NCBI GenBank assembly: GCA_041633075.1
Contig: JBFKGZ010000003.1
Location: forward strand, 1-55,489
DNA: 55,489 bases
Direction of reading: 5' to 3'
Source: Candidatus Deferrimicrobiaceae bacterium
Lineage (GTDB): Bacteria; Desulfobacterota; Deferrimicrobia; Deferrimicrobiales; Deferrimicrobiaceae
The notes beneath the pieces were generated by a model. That model saw nothing but the letters and a program-made list of their open reading frames with translations. It was not told the origin of the DNA and ran no database searches. Shown piece after piece: positions 55,016 through 55,489 of the stretch. The translations under genes were made by a program, and so were the position numbers. Every line of letters begins with the position of its first letter. Positions within the stretch are counted from its first letter, which is position 1.

Positions 55016-55489
55016 CTGACGCCCGGTATCCGGTGGACATTTCCTTTTTTCGCTATCTGGATCGGGGTTTTCGCGATAACGGTCCTGTTCATCGCCCTGT
55101 CGCCGGGTGGTTTTCGTCAGGCCGGACTCCCGGCATGGTTCGCCGTCTGCGGGGAATTCGCCCTCGGCGCCGCGCTGTTCCTGTATCTCAACGGCAGGAT
55201 TTTCCGGTCCGCCGACCGGTGGAAAAAAGAGATTTCCTCGGGTGCCGGGAAAGATTTTCCCGTCGAAGCGGGGCTCCTTACCCCGATTGCGGCTGCCGTG
55301 GCCGAACGGTGCGGGCGGGAGATCGCCTCCCTCGAGGAAGAAATCCGGACCCGCGACGAAAAATTGCGGCAGTTCGAGCGCCTCCGACGGGACCTGGAGG
55401 AGACCCAATCCCACCTGGAGGCAAAGATCAAGGACCTGCATTCCATCTACGAGGTCTCCACGGCGGTCGCCGGCACGCTGGACACCGAG
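55016..55489 (+). CDS. 5' part of a membrane sensor protein (2 TM, coiled coil, start of a GAF domain); truncated by window edge
   Basis: Hand-translated open frame: ..PFFAIWIGVFAITVLFIAL..FALGAALFLYL..IASLEEEIRTRDEKL..KIKDLHSIYEVSTAVAGTLDTE. Start uncertain; CTG at 55016 follows AAAGGA. Confidence 0.65.
   Translation, partial: MTPGIRWTFPFFAIWIGVFAITVLFIALSPGGFRQAGLPAWFAVCGEFALGAALFLYLNGRIFRSADRWKKEISSGAGKDFPVEAGLLTPIAAAVAERCGREIASLEEEIRTRDEKLRQFERLRRDLEETQSHLEAKIKDLHSIYEVSTAVAGTLDTE

Overview
High-GC core-genome region of a deltaproteobacteria-type bacterium. The gene style and order suggest a Geobacter/Myxococcus-related lineage such as Deferrimicrobiota/MBNT15, but this placement is inference only. 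Gene order: engB, electron-bifurcating nfnAB, a lone 2-hydroxyacyl-CoA dehydratase-family gene, murI, a romY-like gene with ftsEX-envC-ctpA, xseA-M23-xseB-ispA-dxs-tlyA, tsaP-dprA-topA, then a large type IVa pilus locus (pilR, two tandem pilins, pilGHI-pilD, an inverted HAMP-protein plus third-pilin operon, a pilS2/R2-like two-component system, an XRE regulator, pilMNOPQ), aroC-aroK-aroB::TPR-roadblock-aroQ-pepP-efp-accBC, a TPR protein, tRNA-Gly(CCC), tamB-tamA/bamA, an RDD protein and a truncated sensor gene. No mobile element, CRISPR array or prophage was seen. Most notable: (1) an apparently miniaturised Myxococcus-type pilus polarity module (RomY-, MglC- and SgmX-like genes with TamAB); (2) an FtsE that has lost its catalytic ATPase motifs; (3) an AroB-TPR fusion; (4) three Cys-free, aromatic-rich pilins, one hidden inside a shadow ORF; (5) a 13-bp AT-rich motif shared by the tsaP-dprA and pilMNOPQ promoters; (6) non-canonical ATC/CTG start codons; (7) a structured intergenic element after nfnB. 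Homolog assignments rest on motif recognition and recalled synteny, not on database searches.
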